Source: Alloascoidea hylecoeti
Lineage: Eukaryota
NCBI GenBank assembly: GCA_001600815.1
Contig: BCKZ01000023.1
Location: 1-64,000 of the forward strand
Direction of reading: 5' to 3'
DNA length: 64,000 nucleotides
A program made the translations under genes and the position numbers. The notes under the pieces are model-generated. The model had not been told where the DNA came from, ran no database searches, and was given only the letters and a program-made list of their open reading frames with translations. Shown here piece after piece: positions 61,280-64,000 of the stretch (position 1 is its first letter; every line of letters starts with the position of its first letter).

Positions 61280-62251
61280 ATGAGCGTAACGGTGACCCAA
61301 AAAACATCATTATTAAAGGAGCCTGAGCCTGAACATTGTCCGGGAGTTGAAAGCGAACAAGCGGGAAAAGCAGATGCCTGCGAAGGTTGTCCAAACCAAA
61401 ATATCTGTTCCAGCAAAATTCCATTAGGTCCTGATCCTGATTTACCACAAATAACTGAAAAATTAAATGATATAAGGCATAAGTTAATGGTTTTATCTGG
61501 AAAAGGTGGAGTTGGAAAGTCGACGTTTACAACGATGCTTGGTTGGGCTTTCGCTGCAGATGAGGATTCAGAGATTGGTGTTTTAGACCTTGATATTTGT
61601 GGACCATCCATGCCTAATATGATGGGAGCAGAAGACGAACAAATTCATTCATCAAATAATGGTTGGAGTCCTGTTTACGTCGCTGATAATTTGGGTATGA
61701 TGAGTATAGGATTCATGCTACCAAATAAAGATGACGCAGTTATATGGCGTGGAACGAAAAAGAACGGAATCATAAAACAATTCATTAAAGACGTTGATTG
61801 GGGTCAGTTAGATTATTTGATTATTGATACTCCACCAGGTACAAGTGACGAACATTTAAGTGTTACTCATTATCTAAAAGACAGTGGTATTGATGGTGCT
61901 ATACTAGTCACTACACCACAAGAAGTGGCATTGTTGGATGTCAGAAAAGAAATTCATTTTTGCAAACGAGCTGGTATACCAATACTTGGTTTGGTTGAAA
62001 ATATGTCTGGTTTTGTTTGCCCAAATTGTAAGAATGAATCTCAAATTTTTGTACCAACTACTGGAGGTGGTAAAGCATTAGCAGAAGAAATGGATATACC
62101 ATTTTTAGGGTCTATTCCTCTAGACCCAAGAATAATGCAGGCCTGTGATACGGGAGAAAGCTTTTTAGACTTATATCCCGAATCACCTGCAACGACTGCA
62201 ATTTTAGATGTTATCGATGAAATACGTGATCGGATAGGAGAATCTATTTAG
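61280..62251 (+). CDS. NBP35: Cytosolic Fe-S cluster assembly NTPase
   Basis: N-terminal [29 protein letters not shown] and [10 protein letters not shown]. Confidence 0.96.
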   Translation: MSVTVTQKTSLLKEPEPEHCPGVESEQAGKADACEGCPNQNICSSKIPLGPDPDLPQITEKLNDIRHKLMVLSGKGGVGKSTFTTMLGWAFAADEDSEIGVLDLDICGPSMPNMMGAEDEQIHSSNNGWSPVYVADNLGMMSIGFMLPNKDDAVIWRGTKKNGIIKQFIKDVDWGQLDYLIIDTPPGTSDEHLSVTHYLKDSGIDGAILVTTPQEVALLDVRKEIHFCKRAGIPILGLVENMSGFVCPNCKNESQIFVPTTGGGKALAEEMDIPFLGSIPLDPRIMQACDTGESFLDLYPESPATTAILDVIDEIRDRIGESI

Positions 62252-62570
62252 AAATTTTCCATAATCATCAGTTAAGTAGTTTGAATTTTAGTCACCATAC
62301 ATACATATTATATTGAATTTTCACTCGCTAGCATTAGTTTTCATTTGGAAGGTATTAATTATGAGAGAATAAGTTAATTGACTGACTAACCGTCCTAATT
62401 GGAGATCTAGGATTAATGGTTTAATAAGTATTAAAATGTTATGTTGACATGAAAATATATGTATGCTTTTTATTCAGTATATTACTTATATAATTTAAAA
62501 TACAAAAATATTCCTCCTAACTATTTCTTGAATATTTCATAACTTCTTCATCTACCTCTTTGTTTCTTTA

Positions 62571-64000
62571 TCAAGACAATATTTGTTTAAAATGGGTTAA
62601 AGCTAATCCCAAAGTATGTTTTTTATTTTCACTCGTACCCATTTTCATTTTTAAAATATTTGAAATATCAAAGCTTACTTCTAAATCATCATTTTTGGCT
62701 AATTTTAATAAAATCTTTGCAACAAAATCAGACATTAAATAAATTGCAATCTTTTGTTTAAAATTAAGAATTGATACTTGAGATAATAATTTTGATAACT
62801 TAGTTGAAATTTTATTTAATTGTTTCTTATTACCAGAATTAATTAAAGTACCATTTTCTGATAATATCGACAATTCAATATAATTTAAATATAATTGTCC
62901 ACCTAATGACCAATCTTCTACTAAATCAGTATTTTGAAATTGATGTAAATATTCACGTAATCTCTTTAATTCTTTACTAATAATAGCATCAGGTCCAACA
63001 TTTTTAATAATACTATTATGTGCTTCTGACCAATTACCAGCTTTTAATAAATTATCAGTTTCCTGCCATATTGATCCCTTATATCTATAATATAAAGCTT
63101 TTGATTCGAATATAATTCTTTCAGGGACTTTAAATTGTGTTGAAAGTCCTCTAAATATTTTTTCATCACCAATGACATCTTCAATATGTGTTGAAATGAT
63201 TTTTGTTATTAATTCAGAACATTGATTTTCATTTGATAAAAATGATAATATGAATACCGCTTCTTGCCAACATCCCAAAGCGGTTAATTGATTAGAATAA
63301 GCAATTGTTAACTTATCATTAATTGATAATATTTCTAATCTATCTGAATGAGTAGTGAATAATTTTTTAACATTTGATAATATATCGAATAAAATCCATT
63401 TAATTCTATCATCAAGTATAGAAGAGCCGGTTTTAAATAATTCTAAAGATTTTGCTAAATCATAGGATTGATGACCTTTAGATAAACGATATAATCTTAT
63501 TATGGCAAAATAAATATCATATTCATTATTTGATGAATATGGTCCAGGTACACTCTTAACCACTGTAAAAGCATCTTCATAACTATTAATTGATTTTGAA
63601 ATCGGATCTCTTATTGTTGATTCATACCATAATTTTAAACCAAGGGCAACTTTCCAAGAAAATCCTTTACTCATGTTATAATCAGAAACGTATGAAACTT
63701 CAGTATTACCAGCTAATAATTCATAAATTTTACGGATTGGGAGTGGAATTTCATTTAGTGTTTTATTTTTTGACCAATATTCTAATTGTGATCTTGAATC
63801 CATTCTAATATTTTCATCATCAGAACCTAATAAAGGAATTAAAGTAGATAAATGATAATTTTTTGATTGAATTGATAATTTTGTTGCTTCAGTAATTCTA
63901 TTACCACAAATATTTATATAAATTTTTTCTAACGGATCATTTGTTTTAGATAATTTTTCATTAATTTCATTATTAACTTGATTTTTTAACCATTCCGATA
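62571..64000 (-). CDS. NUP145: Nucleoporin Nup145C/Nup96 C-terminal part (5' end outside the window)
   Basis: The frame continues upstream of 63803 (NYHLSTLIPLLGS...QLEYW...IYELLAGN...W..ALGLKLWY), typical of the Nup96 domain. Confidence 0.85.
   Translation of the reverse strand, partial: SEWLKNQVNNEINEKLSKTNDPLEKIYINICGNRITEATKLSIQSKNYHLSTLIPLLGSDDENIRMDSRSQLEYWSKNKTLNEIPLPIRKIYELLAGNTEVSYVSDYNMSKGFSWKVALGLKLWYESTIRDPISKSINSYEDAFTVVKSVPGPYSSNNEYDIYFAIIRLYRLSKGHQSYDLAKSLELFKTGSSILDDRIKWILFDILSNVKKLFTTHSDRLEILSINDKLTIAYSNQLTALGCWQEAVFILSFLSNENQCSELITKIISTHIEDVIGDEKIFRGLSTQFKVPERIIFESKALYYRYKGSIWQETDNLLKAGNWSEAHNSIIKNVGPDAIISKELKRLREYLHQFQNTDLVEDWSLGGQLYLNYIELSILSENGTLINSGNKKQLNKISTKLSKLLSQVSILNFKQKIAIYLMSDFVAKILLKLAKNDDLEVSFDISNILKMKMGTSENKKHTLGLALTHFKQILS

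Overview
AT-rich budding-yeast (Saccharomycotina) chromosomal segment. CTG falls at conserved Leu positions (standard code), and short spliceosomal introns are frequent (about 11 predicted), which suggests an early-branching, intron-richer lineage; I cannot name the species. Bases 1-4.7 kb are a nest of Ty1/copia (Ty5/Tca2-like) retrotransposon pieces. These include a nested element with a 5-bp TSD, palindromic ends, apparent TG...TATA LTR termini and a primer-binding site matching the anticodon arm of tRNA-Ser(IGA). Next come an L1-like remnant, a 3-exon HMGA-like AT-hook gene and a Tc1 transposase relic. The rest is mostly housekeeping genes: SUP35, ARG82, SSO1/2, FAS2, URC1-like, SEC7, STB3, POM33/PER33, CDC3, HIF1/NASP-like, tRNA-Tyr, a Zn2Cys6 factor, RIB1, an F-box gene with a decayed tandem paralog, an SDR, FUN12, cysteine dioxygenase, GPX, ISW1, NBP35 and partial NUP145. 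Decayed DNA transposons lie in the long intergenic gaps. All calls come from reading motifs by eye; no database searches were run.
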